A DNA stretch of 64,000 bases, taken from an uncultured Eubacteriales bacterium (GTDB lineage Bacteria > Bacillota > Clostridia > Oscillospirales > Acutalibacteraceae). The notes under the pieces were generated by a model, which worked only from the letters and a program-made list of their open reading frames with translations, made no database searches and was not told the DNA's origin. The stretch spans positions 2,387 through 66,386 of the forward strand of contig CASFBL010000017.1 of assembly GCA_949292775.1 (NCBI GenBank). The letters run 5' to 3'. Positions 62,600-64,000 of this stretch are shown here, one piece after another (the first letter of the stretch is position 1; each line of letters starts with the position of its first letter). A program made the translations under genes and the position numbers.

Positions 62600-64000
62600 A
62601 TGCGGACACGAATCAAAGAGCAGTTGCAGAACAACCAGGGCGTTGCGTTGTCAATGGTTTTGGTTTTGCTTGTGGTTATGTCTATTTTAGGGACCGCCAT
62701 GTATGCTTACACCATGCAGTCGCTCAAGATTTTAGAGTTCGGAACGGCGCGGCAGAAAGCCGAATATTTAGCGCGTTCCGGGGTTGAGGCTTCGGTGTTT
62801 ATGTATCAGGACGCCATGCTGAAATATAATACGGAAGAGGAACTCCGTGATTTCATTGATTCAGCGACAGATGACGGCAATCCCGATACGGATGAGACTA
62901 TTGTTACAAACTGGGTCTATTTGCTCGATGACGGCAAGACTTATGTGGACGGCGGAAACGGCGAAGAACCCGCACCTATTTCAGAGGATTATGTTGGGTA
63001 TTATCGCGTAACAATTACCAACGACCAAAAAGCTTATGAGATGCCGGACGGGCAGGGCGGCACACAGACCAAAACAGAATATATTAAACGGTTTACCTCT
63101 GTGGGCTACTGCGGCAACACGGCAGCGACGAAAAAAGCTTATATTGTGCCGCTGGTTGATATCACCGGTAAGGGGTGGGTGCAGTCTGACGGAGAAATCA
63201 GCCTGAACAACGCGCAGAGCGACGACACCTCTATTATTGTGCAGAGCACGGTTACCGTTGACTGCGGCATTATTGATACTGTTATTAACCGATTCCCGGG
63301 CATTTTCGGCAATTATGCTGCCGGGCGGGTGAAAGATCAGCCGCTGTATCTGGGCTGCACCTCCGGCAACATGGTCATTACCAAGCCGTCGGATTCCGAT
63401 TCCATACATTTTGCTTCTGAAGCGGCCGATCACATGGCAGGTTTTGTCTCGCTCGGAAATTTGTTTGTGGAAGCAGACATTGATGTGCAGCCTCTTTCCA
63501 AGCAGTTTAATATTCTGTATTTGCGCGGAAATCAGATTGTTGTGGACGGCGACATCAATATGTATGTGTATGACCCCGGCACCAACAACGCCAATGGATT
63601 TACAAGCTGGGTCACCGGGCTTGCTGCAAAAATTGCGCGAAACTACCGGCTTTCCACTGTGGTAATTGGTACGCCTTCAACGATTACATCTTCGGTTACC
63701 GACCCAATGCCGACAGATGCCGGCGGACTTGGCGAGTGCGGGCAGATTTTCTTTGGCGGCGATGTTTATGTGAATCTGATTTCACGCAACACCACGCGCA
63801 AATACAAGGTGTTTTCCGCAGGGGACATTTGTTATTTTGACGGCAACTTTGTTTTCCAGGGTCAGCCTTATGGTGTGGATCTTGTAAAATACTTTTTAGA
63901 TACAGCGATTGAAGAAGGCAACTACTCCTCGACAGTGCTTACGCAGTTTGAAAGAACACGACAGTTTTATTACAGCGAAACACAGGAGGAATATTCCAAC
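62600..64000 (+). CDS. PilX-like large pseudopilin/minor pilin, 3' end beyond the window
   Basis: Not in the supplied ORF track because no stop falls in the window. ATG at 62600 follows GGAGG, and the frame is open for 467 codons to base 64000. The N-terminus MRTRIKEQLQNNQGVALSMVLVLLVVMSILGTAMYAYT is PilX_N-like, and a large non-repetitive C-terminal domain follows. Confidence 0.6.
   Translation, partial: MRTRIKEQLQNNQGVALSMVLVLLVVMSILGTAMYAYTMQSLKILEFGTARQKAEYLARSGVEASVFMYQDAMLKYNTEEELRDFIDSATDDGNPDTDETIVTNWVYLLDDGKTYVDGGNGEEPAPISEDYVGYYRVTITNDQKAYEMPDGQGGTQTKTEYIKRFTSVGYCGNTAATKKAYIVPLVDITGKGWVQSDGEISLNNAQSDDTSIIVQSTVTVDCGIIDTVINRFPGIFGNYAAGRVKDQPLYLGCTSGNMVITKPSDSDSIHFASEAADHMAGFVSLGNLFVEADIDVQPLSKQFNILYLRGNQIVVDGDINMYVYDPGTNNANGFTSWVTGLAAKIARNYRLSTVVIGTPSTITSSVTDPMPTDAGGLGECGQIFFGGDVYVNLISRNTTRKYKVFSAGDICYFDGNFVFQGQPYGVDLVKYFLDTAIEEGNYSSTVLTQFERTRQFYYSETQEEYSN

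Overview
This window looks like a 64 kb chromosomal segment of a fairly GC-rich Firmicute, Clostridia-like by gene content and synteny. GC content was judged by eye, not computed. Nearly all genes are on the + strand. About two thirds is housekeeping: tandem GtrA genes, HAD and MBL hydrolases, a blaI/blaR1-like pair, an M16 peptidase pair, lgt, folD, mreBCD-PBP2-minD-like-mgsA, hisS-aspS, proBA, rpe, hslO, metG-tatD, and a minus-strand tRNA operon (Val-like, Phe, Gly, Cys). Accessory content includes a 2,407-aa cyclic beta-1,2-glucan-synthase-like GT84+GH94 protein. A yybP-ykoY (Mn2+) riboswitch sits in front of a P-type ATPase that is split by a frameshift. A small AT-rich islet lies next to the tRNAs. 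Modular GC-rich repeats fill at least six intergenic regions. Three clusters seem most worth a second look. (1) 53.6-64.0 kb: a type IV pilus operon (pilT, pilC, pilM, pilN, pilO, pilB, pilX-like). It is headed by a PilP/GspC-HR-like protein and a LysM-anchored protein made of five or six secretin-N/ring-building-like modules with no secretin barrel. (2) 34.6-38.6 kb: an RnfD/RnfE/RnfA-like membrane trio without RnfC/G/B. It lacks the flavinylation and Fe-S cysteine motifs at the expected positions and is co-transcribed with a membrane-anchored glycoside-hydrolase-like protein. (3) 48.8-51.9 kb: a translationally coupled cassette of HprK-like P-loop protein, PqqD, a soluble S26B-like peptidase and an ABC exporter, with no visible precursor peptide or core enzyme. 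All calls rest on reading the supplied translations and sequence by eye. No searches were run.
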